A DNA stretch of 64,000 nucleotides, taken from Vicugna vicugna (Eukaryota). Shown piece by piece: positions 1 through 12,504 of the stretch (position 1 is its first letter; each line of letters begins with the position of its first letter). A program made the translations under genes and the position numbers. The stretch spans positions 13,619,273-13,683,272 of the forward strand of contig MU059377.1 of NCBI GenBank assembly GCA_013265495.1. The letters run 5' to 3'. The notes beneath the pieces were generated by a model, which was not told where the DNA came from, searched no databases, and was given only the letters and a program-made list of their open reading frames with translations.

Positions 1-879
1 TAAGCTATTATTACCTTTTTTTTCTAAAAGAATAGGATGCCTTTGTCATTTCTCAACCTCATATATAAAACTAGCCAAGTTGGAAGGAAAACATTTCAGC
101 TACACAAAACAAGGCTCTTACATGTGAGAAAGGATTCCTGCTTCCTGTGGATATCTTACTCAAGATTTTCCTTGATTTTGCTGGAAGCTTCCAGTTTTCC
201 TATGAGCCCCTCCCCCTTCATCTCTCTGACTCACAATTCTTTTTCAATGTGGTCACTTATTAAAAACAAATATGTTCTGCTTCTATCCTGCAGTAACAGC
301 CCATGTTGGGATTACATTCATATATGTTATTTAGAGAAAACTGGACAGTGTCATTATAAATGAAATTCCTCTGGAAGCTGATAACTTGTATACTGTGATT
401 TCATCTTTCAGCCTACAAATATGAACAATTCTAAAGATTTTGTGACATTAAGTGAGGAGCTATACAGGAATTGCTTGGAAATTATCTGGTTAATAGCAAC
501 CAGCATTTGGGGCTTTGTTACTTTTATTGTTAGGATTTTATTATAATTATTTTGGCTGAATAATTTTTCTTCAATTTATTAATTAGACAGTAGATAAAGT
601 AGCCTAGACAGGAAGTTCCCACCACTGAGGGTGCAATTCAGATCTGATACCCCAGATTTAAACTACCAATAAGATTTTTCCTCTTTTGAAAAATAAAAGA
701 GTATGTATTATTTCATCCAGGGCAGCAGGAAGAGTAGATCTTTCATCATTTTTATATTGTTAACAATGCTACTCTCTATAACTTTGTAACTAAATGACAA
801 TATATGGCAGATGAGTAGTCAAAATCATTCATCTAATTTGCTTTAACAAATTATTTCAGCAGACGAAAAGATTAAACTA

Positions 880-1310
880 AGATGACTCTTTGTCAGAAAA
901 ATTAAGCTTTTTTCCTTCATTGTAAACATTACATACTTACCACAGGAAAATAAAAGGAAAAACCACCCATAATCCAAATACCCATAGAGCAACAAATCAC
1001 AAATGTTGGTAAATTGTGTCTGTTCTTTTCTCTATTCATCGCTATTGGGTTGAATGTTGGTGGTCACAAATTTTACATTATAAGTTAACATTACAACATG
1101 ACAACTTTCCATGCATTTATTAATTCTTTGTACATCTTACTTTAAATGGCTGCATAATTTGCATTCAGCAACTAATATACTTAAAGGCATTAGATTGTTT
1201 TCCTCTTTTAAGTAGAATAACATCAGACATCTTTCTGCATAAAACTTTCTCTGCCTTTAGGATTAATTTTCACTGGATAAATTTTTAGAAATGAGAGTAC
1301 AATACCAGTA
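880..1310 (-). mobile_element. Ancient L1 (L1M-type) 3' fragment, highly decayed
   Basis: AT-rich stretch with motifs resembling the antisense 3' end of old L1M elements (ttaaatggctgcataat, gcattagattgtttt, ggataaatttttagaaatgag). Recognised from memory; boundaries approximate. Confidence 0.4.
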
Positions 1311-2589
1311 TGTCTTTCTTCTTTATTTATAAGAATGTTTAAAGCCTATAATTTTTTTTTTTATTTTATGTAGAATCTTTGTCCCTGACTTGGGAACACT
1401 CCCTTGTCCACCATAAGAGAAGAAATGATGTCAAGGTTGCAATGAATAACTTCATAATATCAGAAGATTCTCTTTTCATAATGTCCCTGTTTTTAGGAAA
1501 GTCACATCTTGATATGATTGCACTATTCTTTTTCAAATTCAAGATTTCAGTGTTCCATTTTAGAAATATCTAGGGCCTGATTCAGTGCCTAGTATAGAGA
1601 AGGGAACTCATTCAAGACTGGAAGGAAAAAAAGAGAGAGAAAGAAAGAGACAAGTTCTTTTGGCAATATTAAAGTATTATTTATGCGGCGGGACCAGAGT
1701 AATTTTATTTTGTTTTTGCACCATTATGTTATATTGTCCCTGAAAGGGTATGACACCAGGGTATGGGAATGTCCCCCTGCATGCAGTTCACATCTGCTTG
1801 GCCATGTGAATATAACTGTGCCAGGAGCCCAGGATGTCAGTTTGCAGCACAGAAATCATGCTGTCGAGATTTAGTTCCTGAGCAACTGGAAGAGAGATTC
1901 CAGAGGGACAAGTTCAAGAATGACTTAGAAATTATAGACCAGATCACACAACTGTCATAAAGCTATCATCAGTTAATAAAACAGGGTTTTCTTTTCATCA
2001 AAAAATAGTTGGCTTTTCTCCCCCCACTTAAAAAAAATATTGACGTTGGAGGACTTTGGAACTTTGTCTGACCTTCTTTCTGCTGACTTTTTCATTTCCT
2101 GTTTCTTTCCTTTTTTTTCTTTCTTTTTTCGCATAGAGTGGAGATCTCTGAAACAAGCTCCCAATGTGTTAAAAACAAACATACATTCCCTAAAAATAGT
2201 CGAGCTTCAATGTCCTCGCTCCCAGGGCCCTGCTATTCTAGGGTCTATTGCTTCTGTGAACAAAAATTCAGTCTCTCTCCCCTCTGCCTCTTCCCGTCCC
2301 CTCCTCCCCTTTGGTCCCACAGAAACGAGGCTGTGCAGACATTTGTAGGAAGAAGTCCAAGAATAAACATGAGAATATTCTGAATGAAAAGCAAATCTCT
2401 AGAAAGGATGAATATCAGTGTCTGTAAAATGCTTCATAGATGAGCTTGTTTGAAATGCAAATCCTTATTTATAGATTCATGGAGGATAAGGAGGGCACAG
2501 ATAGTCAGAACAGAAAATCACACATGCACTCACTCCGGCTCTGCCCTGCACCAAGTTACCTAGTAGTAAGATGGCACTCTGGACCTTCT

Positions 2590-2850
2590 CTGAAGCACTG
2601 AGAAAGTGCTTATCAAGTACCCAGGCCCTGTGCTAAGCACTGGGAATAGAGCAATCAATATGACAGACACCATCAGCACCTTTGTGGAACTTACATACAC
2701 TGAACAGGTGCACAATACAGGCAGGGACAGAGCGGTCCAGGTGCTCCTGTGAGATCCCAGAACAAAGGATCAGACCTTGTTGGGGTAGGGCAATGTCCCT
2801 GAGGAACGCATATTTCAGCCCAGACCTGGAGCTTGCTAGCACTTAGCCAG
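2590..2850 (-). mobile_element. L2 LINE 3' fragment
   Basis: caggccctgtgctaagcactgggaatagagcaatcaatatgacagac resembles the antisense L2 3' end. Confidence 0.55.
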
Positions 2851-3689
2851 GCTAAGAACATTTCAAATTCAGGACCAGTTTATTTGGCGACTCCAGACCT
2901 AGTTTACTGCAGGCCAGGAGGACTGTCCAGGGTGTCTGAGAAGGACAGGAGAGGGGAATTAGAGCAGCTGCAGAGGGGGCAGGGATGACATCATGCAAAA
3001 GCCCCCAAGACTGTGAGATACATCTGAACTTGATCCCAAGGGCAATAGGAAACAATTTAGTGGGGATGGGACACAAGGAGATTTGTATGTGGGACCTGAG
3101 AGTATTGTGAAATAGTCTTTTAGGCTTTTTTCTCTTCCCAGCATTTTCTTCTGTATCTTTTTACTTTTCAAACACATTCTGACTGTGCTTAATCGCTATA
3201 TTTGGGGAGGTGTGTTCCTCACAGGGTAATAAGAAGATACACCATACAAGAGTGTCTGCTTTTATTTTTAAAGCATAAGCACTTAGGGAACTTGGAGAGT
3301 TGCAAAGGAACTGGAAAGGGGTTGGAGGGAGAGAGGGACTTCCCTGCAGGTAAGAATTTTTTTCTTAGATTCCTTTGGAGTTGGGGAAGAAGAGCATGAT
3401 TAGTAGGTCCTGGAATGATGGGTGGATGGGGACAAACTCTCAGCAGCAGTGAGACCCTAGAGAGCTCCTAAAAACGAATCAGAGATGTAGGCAATGGTTA
3501 ACCCAAGGGACATCTGTTGAATACCCCTAAACCTTGATCATCCAAGATTCTGGAAGCTTGACACAATGCCAGGGAGCCAGAGAGACCTCGAGAACACCTG
3601 GGAGGACATTTCTATCAGCCTGGAAGGATCGGCCTTCAATATTGAGAGATGGGTCATCTACGAAAAAGAAAGTCCTGTGAGATTTCTGA

Positions 3690-3975
3690 CACGGCTGGCG
3701 TTGCGGACCATGATTCACACCATCTGTGTGTATCTAAAGGCTTAGTCTGGCTCCTGTGTGAAAAAATGCATTGGAGAGAGGCAAGTGAAAGATAATAGTG
3801 GCTTACACCAGAGTGATAGAAGTGAGGATGAAAAGAAGTGGATGGATTTGCAAAATATGTAGGACACAGAAGAGTTAGTATCGGTGACTGGTTGGACATG
3901 GCAGTGAGTGAGATGGAGGATTCAAGGATAACGCTCAGGTTTCAGGCCTGGACAATTAGGTGGGTGGTGGAATAA
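3690..3975 (-). mobile_element. L2 LINE fragment
   Basis: gatggaggattcaaggataacgctcaggtttcaggcctggacaattaggtgggtggtg resembles the antisense L2 body. Confidence 0.55.
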
Positions 3976-4799
3976 CAGACGAGTCCATTTCTTGCAGTGA
4001 CTAACTGTGCAGTGGCGCTGAAAAAGATCACTTGGAGATTTTACTGGGATGATGTGTAGTGGTCACATAGGGATGTAACATTTTACCAACAGTGTATGAA
4101 CAAAGAGGTAGTAAATGCTCCCAAAGGCAGAACCTGCAGTTAAGGATAGATAATCTCAGAGGTCAACACACTGCTGGAGATATCACCAAAGTCCTTTCTG
4201 TCCACTGTCTCAAATACAGAAAATGAAATATTAATGATGAAAGAGGCCTCAGGAGTCCTCCAGCTAGAAGCATTCCCTAAAGCAGGACTCTTCTCTCAAA
4301 GGTTTTTGACAGCAGCCTTTGCTTCTGCACTCCCAGTATCCTATCACATGCTATCTTTAAAGCCAAGACTGCATTTGGGACTCATTCCTAATTATAAGGA
4401 AGTTCTCCTTTCCTTACATGGAAAACTGCCTCACTTACCCACTCCTCCCAGCTTTGCTCTGGAGCTACACAGAATAAGTCTGATTCCTCTTTTACATGAC
4501 ATTTGAAAGCTGTTATCATGTTTTCTCTAAGTATTCTTTACTCCAAGCTAAAACTATACATCATTTCCTTCATCTATTACTTTCAACGGACATGCAGCAA
4601 CAGAAACAGCAACTAATACTTATTGCAAGTTGAGAATGTGGTAAGGAGTAGGAATGTCTTCCCTGCTGGAGTAGGATGTCTTTGCCCTCTGCCTGCTGAA
4701 TCAGAGGATTCTGAAGACTAAGAGGTAGGTGAAGGCAAAAAAAAAAAAAGACAGTGGGAGCCTGGGTCTCTGTTCGTGGACAGACACCCAACCAGGACA

Positions 4800-5480
4800 C
4801 TTGCATTAGACTGTGATGCGAGTAACAAATAAATTTTCCCGCGTTAAGACAATGAGAATGTGAAGTTAGTGTTACCTTAACTAATACAGAGCTTCATACT
4901 GGAAATCAGAAGCCGCCATAATGAAAATCTAAAATGTGTGTCAGTGGCCTAGCGGTTAGTCCTGGAAGCTTTAGAAATGGTAGAAAAGGTCAGAATGATG
5001 GTGCACATTGGTTACGAGCTGGCTTTAGCAAGGTATTACAAGAAAGAGATGAGCTCGGGAAAGAACTGACCAATTTTCAAGCAAAACTGGAACAAACAGA
5101 GAAAGTCCAGGGATTAAGGAACTCCCAAGGTTGGAAAGGTCAATCGCTTCCAGACATCAAAGATTAAGAGGTGAAATTAAAGAATGCTTTGGTGATCATG
5201 GTCCAGTAAGACTTCTCAGTTGAACAAGGTGACTCAGTCTTGGAGCAAAAACCAGATTAAACGTGTATTACCCTACATATCGTGACCTCAACGAAGCTGC
5301 TATTTAATTGAGAGAGAAGCATGGAGACAAGAAAGCTAAGAAATATGAAAAATTGAGAATAATATCTAAGAAAGGACTTTGTGTGTGGTTACTTGCACAA
5401 AGAATTAACTGAAGCAAATAGATCAGAAGTCTTCTAAGTTTCTGAGAATATTCTATTGCCAAAGAAACCCTGAGCCTGAA
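4800..5480 (+). mobile_element. ERVL-MaLR (MLT1-like) LTR 3' end joined to internal sequence
   Basis: MLT1-like LTR end (gagtaacaaataaattttcccgcgttaagacaatgagaatgtgaagttagtgttacc) followed by a start resembling MLT1-internal sequence (atactggaaatcagaagccgccataatgaaaatctaaaatgtgtg). The 77-aa ORF at 4934-5167 is probably a remnant of this. Confidence 0.45.
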
Positions 5481-5634
5481 CCAAAACACAAAACAGAGAC
5501 TCTTTTAACTATTTAAATGGTAAACATCCTTCAGATCCCTGAACTTACACCATCAGGAACCTGAAGTGACTGAAACGGATACTTCTCAATGCCAGCTTAG
5601 GTGCACTCATGGAGGAGAATGGGCAAGGAAAATT

Positions 5635-5768
5635 TCCATTTTATAGATGAAGAAATTAGAGACGTTAGTAACATGTTCAGGATGACCCATTTGGTAGGAG
5701 GGGCATCCAATCCTAGAATCTAAGTCTATCTGGTTCAAAAGCCCAAGGTTTTAATCAATGTGTTATAC
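5635..5768 (-). mobile_element. MIR SINE fragment
   Basis: cattttatagatgaagaaattagaga matches the antisense MIR core (attttacagatgaggaaactgagg). Confidence 0.6.
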
Positions 5769-6257
5769 TGTTTCCCAGAAGAGCTGGCTTCTAGATTCTG
5801 TACCCACTGGCTTGCCTTCCCTGGGTGTTCTGAGTTTATCTATATTTTTTCAGATTCGAACACAATAATTGATGTAATAATTTTGGGGTGATATGACTTA
5901 AGTTACTTCTCTCTTCTGGAATCATCATCTATAAATGAAGCCCACGAGCTCTCTAGATATGTTAGTGGCCAAGCCTCAACCTAGGACCACTGACTTTAAT
6001 CAAACAATACTCCTAGATTTTCTGACCACTGCCAAGCCCCTACCCAAATTGGAACTTAAGTCATTATTTTTAATCTAAGGGCAGATTTTAAAGTCCATCC
6101 TGTTTAATTCCTTCTTGATAATTCCAGCCCAGGGTTCAAGCCTGTCCACATGCTTCTTGAATCATCCAGACGACTAACCCATCTGGGACTGTCCTCCACT
6201 GGGATGGAATCAGCCCCATGTGAGGAGGAGTATCTTTGGATTCATACTATGATGAGT

Positions 6258-6372
6258 CACTGTGCTAAGGACTTTATGTGCTTACTTCACTTAATCTTTT
6301 CCTCATGCCCACTTTAGAGATGAGAAAAGTAAGTTTCAGAGACCTTAAGACTGCACAGTTGGTAAGTGGAGC
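6258..6372 (-). mobile_element. MIR SINE fragment
   Basis: cactgtgctaaggactttatgtg ... ctttagagatgagaaaagtaagtttcagaga resembles antisense MIR. Confidence 0.55.
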
Positions 6373-7374
6373 CCATCATCAACCCTAATCACTGAGTGAT
6401 ATGAATTGATAGTTAATGTAATATGATGATTTTTCCCCCCTAAAGTGGAAGATAAATAATATTTACTAAGCACATATTTTGTATAAGGTACTTTACTCAC
6501 TCTACCTCACTTAATCCTCACAGTGATCCAGAGCACGGTGAAACTTGGGATAACTTAAGAGATTTTTTAAGCTTGAAATAGAATTATTTGGGGAGGCTCT
6601 CTATATAGTAAGAGTCTATACAAATAAATAGTGGAAGCAAAAAGAAGTCACTGAATAGCTACCTTGAGCCCAATAGCAAGACAAGGATTCTATGAAAGCA
6701 GAGAACTTTTCCCCCTGAAAACTGCCTGGCACAGAGTAAGTGCTCAATAATGTTTATTAAAATGAATACCTGAATGTGGACCTTAGTGAGCAGATATAAA
6801 ATTCTACATGAGACAAAAGCTTCACTCATACAAAAAGTATTTATCAGGCAGCTACTACTATACATGAGACACTTTTGGGAGCCCAGGGCTCAGAGAAATG
6901 ATAAATAATCCAAGTAAAACAGTCCCAGTCACTCTAACAACGCATAGATATTGACTATCCCCAACTAATCTCCTTGGGGGTTGTGGAGCCGAGCTATACC
7001 CAGACCAGCAGCATGGTGAAGTAGGTATGCAGATTACCGTTCTAGAAGACCTGCATTTAAACCCAGCACAAACACCCAGACTTAGCACAGTGTCCGGTGT
7101 TGATCCTCTTAAATCAACATTGGCAGATGTTCCGCTGGATTGGAATACTTGAAGCATAACCCTGCTAGAGAGTGGGTAGGAAGACAATCCAGCCAGCCAG
7201 CCTTTTCAATGCCACAGAGTGTGTGGGCTCTCCAAAGCTCCCCAGAAACAGACACCAGGGGATGGATTCCATGTACACCAGGTCAGGAGCCTCGTTTGAC
7301 TCTCCTAAGTGACAGCCCTTGTATCTAGGGGTTTTCCTCTGTCCTGCTCCTACCTACATCTTTTCTTATTCTGC

Positions 7375-7530
7375 TCTGGTCTCCTCCTGCCCATCTCTCC
7401 CTCTACCATTCTCTTTCCTTCCTTCCTTTCTCCCTCTCTTTCTTCTTTCCTTCATCCTTTCCTTCTCTATATCTTCTTTTTCAGTCTCTATTCTCTTTTC
7501 TACCACACTACTCTTTATCAGTGTCTCTCT
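7375..7530. repeat. Polypyrimidine/polypurine low-complexity tract (CT/CTT-rich)
   Basis: Directly visible, e.g. ctctttccttccttcctttctccctctctttcttctttccttcatcc. Confidence 0.8.
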
Positions 7531-8959
7531 AGAAGATAGGGGAATTTAGAAACTCCAAAGCGGACTTAAGCACCTCCTTGTCCTTGCTTTGGAGGCTGAG
7601 ATCGAAGCTGGCAGGGAACAATTAGAATGAGATTTAAGCAGCAGCCATTCACAGGCTACATCATATTTCCTGCTCACAAATTTACCAGCTGAGCTATTCA
7701 CATGCTGTCATTTCAGGCAAAATTGTTTATGCATCACATAATGCTAGTCTCTGTTGTGTCTGTTCGAGCCCTGGCGAGGGCTCTGTCCTGGATTGGATAG
7801 TTGGACCCAGGCATATGGTCAACACAAAACATGAGAGACCCATATTTGGTCAGAGTATGCCTTAAACACTAATGGAGTTTGGCACAACTGTGGCTCTGGA
7901 AATCCAGCCCACAGATCAAGTCACACATCAGGGAAAATCAAAACAGAATTAAGTTGGCCACTTTTTCTTTGCACAGACACGAGAGGTATTTTGAGTTAAG
8001 TCTGTGAAACCTTGTTTTTCATGTTCAAGTCGGCATTCGGGCATGGCCAAATGTTATCAGTGCCCTTTTTTATACAACTTTTTCCCATACACAGATGAGG
8101 ACGGCCTAGAGACAGACCCAAAGCATGGACTGAAAGGCAGCACATGATCAAGTGGTACTTGTTTTCCTGAAGAGTTTTGAGACCACTGAATAAACACCCA
8201 TGTGCCCAGGACAGTTTACATATGCTCCAGCTCAGTGGATGGGCGAATGAACAGGGCCTGGCCTGAAATTTAGAAAATTTGGGGGTCTGTCCTCCATGAT
8301 CCTTCTTGGGGACCTCAAAATCTCAGTCATCTTGGTTAACTCTCTGTTTGCCTAATTCTCTTTCCTTCCAGGTCTTACCTAGTGTGATTCTTTTTCTTTC
8401 CACTTCCAACATTTCCAAAGTGTAATCATCCTTCAAGTCCCAGGTCAAATGTTAGTTCCAAATGGAAGCAACCACTCCTTTCTCTAACCTTGTAGCACAT
8501 TATCCCTCTTAAAGATGCCTGTCATTTTCTACTGTGTCCAATTGTAACCTAAGAGAATTCTCGTGTCACTAGAGGGAGTGCTAGACAAAAAGAATGGAAA
8601 ACTCCAGGACCTGCTGGTGACTCTGACTCCAGAGACAGGAGTTTGCGTTTCTCGGTGCTCCCAAGACCCCCACCCCACTCCAGCATCTTTCTTGCACCAC
8701 CTTTTTGTAAAACATACATTTTTTCTTTCTTCATATTTTGGAAGGTGGTAGAGACAACCACTTGAACTGGGAAGAAAAAATAACAGCAGCAACTCAGGAA
8801 TGAAACTACAAGAGAGCTTTCCCCCTTCCATATGTTCAGTGTAAGGGCTTGCTTAGTGACCAATTTAGAAAATTAAATGATCAAGGCCACCAGTGAGGGA
8901 GAGAAGTGCAGCTCTTAGATGAGACCAACACTGAGTCTTTAAGCATTCCAGGCCATCCC

Positions 8960-9900
8960 GAAAACTGGGGGCTCGATTACCCAACCACTAGCCACAGTCA
9001 GTACACTGGAGGGCTTGAATGAGAACCCTGGATGGGAAGAAACTCCCTTTCCCTACCCAGAGGTGGGGAGTAATGCTGATGGACACTTAAAAGTTTGACA
9101 TCTCTGGCTTATAGAATCCAAAGACTTTGTGTCTACCTATATCCACACATACACCCTATCAGTTAAATTTATTTCTTTACCCAGTGTTAAAAGTTGGAGG
9201 TAAGGGCGTGATGAAGGGGAAAATGGGGCTCATGCAGGTCCAGGATAATAAGGAATTTGGCTGACCTCTGTCCCTGGCTTCAGGGAGGATGCCTCTAATC
9301 CCTTGCAATTTCCTGAGTGTTCCCCTCCCCCATCACACACCTGTTCATGCCAACAGCACAACTCAGGATAGGGCTGCTGATGCCTGAAAGACCGACCACG
9401 TGATTAAAGGATTCATGCTTTGAGCCATGTGATGTCAGCACCGCCTATGGGGATGGGGACTGGAAATTGAGCTTTGTGGACAATGATTCACTTATTCATA
9501 CCTGCATAACAACCCCCCAGTAAAAACTCTGGACACTGAAGCTGGGGTGAGCTTCTCTGGTAGTCTTACAGCAATGTGCCAGGAGGGTGCTGCTTACTGA
9601 GAACACAGAAGCTTTGTGTTTGGGAACCTCCCAAACCTCATCCTGTGTGTCTTTTCTTTCTGGTTCTGATTTGTATCCTTTCACTGTATAAAACAGTAAT
9701 CGTAAGTAAAGCCCCTTCCTCAGTTCTGTGAATCATTCTAGCAAAATATCAAAGCAAATTTGTAGCCAGCTGGTCAGAAGTACAGGTGGCCTGGAGACCC
9801 TGAATTTGTGGCTGGTGTGTAAAGTGAGGGTAGTCTTGCAGGCGACTGACAGTGCTCTCAACCTGTGAAATCTAACTCCAGGTATTTGGTATCAGAAGTC
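8960..9900 (+). mobile_element. ERV solo LTR, MER21-like
   Basis: gtcagaagtacaggtggcctggagaccc ... gtgagggtagtcttg ... ctcaacctgtg ... taactccaggtatttggtatcagaag resembles the MER21-family 3' end. An ataaaacag/aataa-like region lies near 9690. Confidence 0.5.
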
Positions 9901-10246
9901 TTTGCAGCAGAAGAGTAAATATCCACAGGACAAGATTTGTGACATAAAGAGACTATTCTTAAATCTAGAGACATGAGTTTCCCATAAAAGAATCAGGACC
10001 CAAATAAGAACTCCATGTTTACATATGCCAGAGGCAGGGCTGTGCCTAAACAGCCCTATGACTCCCTATATAACCACAGCAAAGTCTTAACCTATTTGTT
10101 GAGTGAAGTAAAGAATTCTCATGACTAATTCTGTCACCTTCATTAATTTCAATGGGATCAAAGTTTTGAAAAAAGTCATATGCCTTCTATGCCTTGGTTT
10201 AAAAGAAAGAGTGGAACTACATGCACCAAACGTTAATTAGGTAGTC

Positions 10247-11007
10247 CAAAGCAATCTACAGATTTAATGTGATCCCTATCAAATTACCCAGGACATTTTC
10301 CCCATTACTAGAACAAATAATCCTAAAATTTATGTGGAATCACAAAAGACCTAGAATCACCAAAGCAATACTGAAGAGAAAGAACATGGCTGGAGGAATA
10401 ACCCTCCCAGACTTCACACAATACTACAGAGCTACAGTAATCAAAACAGTGTGGCACTGGCACAAAAACAGATATATGGATCAATGGAACAGTACAGAGA
10501 GCCCAGAAATAAACTCACAGACCTACAGTCAATTAATCTTCAACAAAGGAGGCAAAAATATACAACGGAGAAAAAACAGTCTCTTCAGCAAGTGATGTTG
10601 GGAAAATTGGACAGCTGCATGTAAGTCAGTGAAGTTACAACACTCCCTCACACCATACACAAAAATAAACTCAAAATGGCTTAAAGACTTAAATATAAGA
10701 CAAGACACAATGAACTTCCTAGAAGAAAACATAGGCAAAAAACTCTGACATAAATCTTACCAATGTTCTCCTAGGGCAGTCTACCCAGGAAGTAGAAATA
10801 AAATCCAAAATAAACAAATGAAACTGAATTAAACTATAAGATTTTGCACAGCAAAGGAAACCATAAGCAAAATGAAAAGACAACCTACAGAATGAGAGAA
10901 AATATTTGCAAATGATGTGACTGACAAGGATTAATTTCCAGAACATACAAATAGCTCTTACAACTCAATAACAAAAGAACAAACAACCCAATCCAAAAAA
11001 TGGGCAG
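10247..11007 (+). mobile_element. L1 ORF2 C-terminal region (older copy, 5' part), frameshifted
   Basis: ORF 10269-10595 (IPIKLP...[62 protein letters not shown]) is typical L1 ORF2. Stops and frameshifts follow. Confidence 0.92.
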
Positions 11008-11248
11008 NNNNNNNNNNNNNNNNNNNNNNNNNNNNNNNNNNNNNNNNNNNNNNNNNNNNNNNNNNNNNNNNNNNNNNNNNNNNNNNNNNNNNNNNNNNNN
11101 NNNNNNNNNNNNNNNNNNNNNNNNNNNNNNNNNNNNNNNNNNNNNNNNNNNNNNNNNNNNNNNNNNNNNNNNNNNNNNNNNNNNNNNNNNNNNNNNNNNN
11201 NNNNNNNNNNNNNNNNNNNNNNNNNNNNNNNNNNNNNNNNNNNNNNNN

Positions 11249-11910
11249 TTACTGTATGACCCAGGAAACCCACTCCTGGGCATATATCCAAAAGGAACCC
11301 TACTTCAGGATGACACCTGCACCCTAGTGTTCATTGCAGCACTATTTACAATAGCCAAGATGTGGAGACAGCCTTAATGTTCATCAACAGATGACGGGAA
11401 AAGAAGAGGTGGTATATTTATACAATGGAACACTACTCAGCCATAAAAACTGACAACATAACACCATTTGCAGCAACATGGATGCTCCTGGAGACTGTCA
11501 TTCTAAGTGAAGTAAGCCAGAAAGAGAAAGAAAAATACCATATGAGATCGCTCATATGTGGAATCTAAAAAACAAACAAACAAGCAAACAAACAAACAAA
11601 AAACAAAACAAAAACAAAGTGTAAATACAGGACAGAAATAGACTCATAGACAGAGAATACAGACTTGTGGTTGCCAGGGGGGCGGAGGGTGGTAAGGGAT
11701 AGACTGGGATTTCAAAATTGTAGAATAGATAAATAAGATTATACTGTATAACACAGGGAAATATACACAAAACGTTATGGTAGCTCACAGAGAAAAAAAT
11801 GTGACAATGAGTGTGTATATGTCCATGTATGACTGAAAAATTGTGCTGAACACTGGAATTTGACACAACATTGTAAAATGATTATAAATCAATAAAAAAT
11901 GTTAAAAAAA
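11249..11910 (+). mobile_element. Younger camelid-type L1 3' end, apparently inserted in the older L1
   Basis: ORF2 end (YDPGNPLLGIYPK...DTCTLVFIAALFTIAK.W.QP), a (CAAA)n-like tract at ~11568-11618, a 3' UTR, then aataaaaaatgttaaaaaaaa tail at 11891-11911. Confidence 0.85.
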
Positions 11911-12504
11911 AGATACATGCACCCCAATGTTCACAGCAGCACTATTTACAATAGCCAAGACATGGAAACCACCTAAATGTCCATCAACACATGACTGGAT
12001 AAAGTGGTGGTATATATACAATGGGATACTACTAAGCTATAAAAAAGAATAAAATAATGCCATTTGCAGCAACATGGATGGACCTGGAGATTGTCATACT
12101 AAGTGAAATAAGCCATAAAAAGGAAGAAAAAATACCATATAATATCATTTATGTGTGGAATTTTTTAAAATGACACAAATGAGTTTATTTACAAAATAGA
12201 AACAGACTCACAGACATAGAAAACAAACTTATGGTTACCAGGGGGGAAAGGTGAGGGGGTGGAGGGATAATCTGGGAGTTTGGGATTTGCAGATACTAAC
12301 TACTGTATATAAAACAGATAAACAACAAGGTTCTACTGCATAGCACAGGGAACTATATTCAATATCTTGTAATAGCTTATAATGAAAGAGAATATAAAAA
12401 GAAGTATATATATTTGAATATATGACTACATATATATGAATCACTATACTGTACACCAGAAAATAATACAATATTGTAAATCAACTATACTTCAATTTTA
12501 AAAA
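11911..12504 (+). mobile_element. L1 3' end (older copy, resumes after the inserted element)
   Basis: Second copy of the ORF2 end (DTCTPMFTAALFTIAKTW) with a different 3' UTR (ctactgcatagcacagggaactatattcaatatcttgtaatagc ... tcaactatacttcaattttaaaaa), typical of cetartiodactyl L1. Confidence 0.88.
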
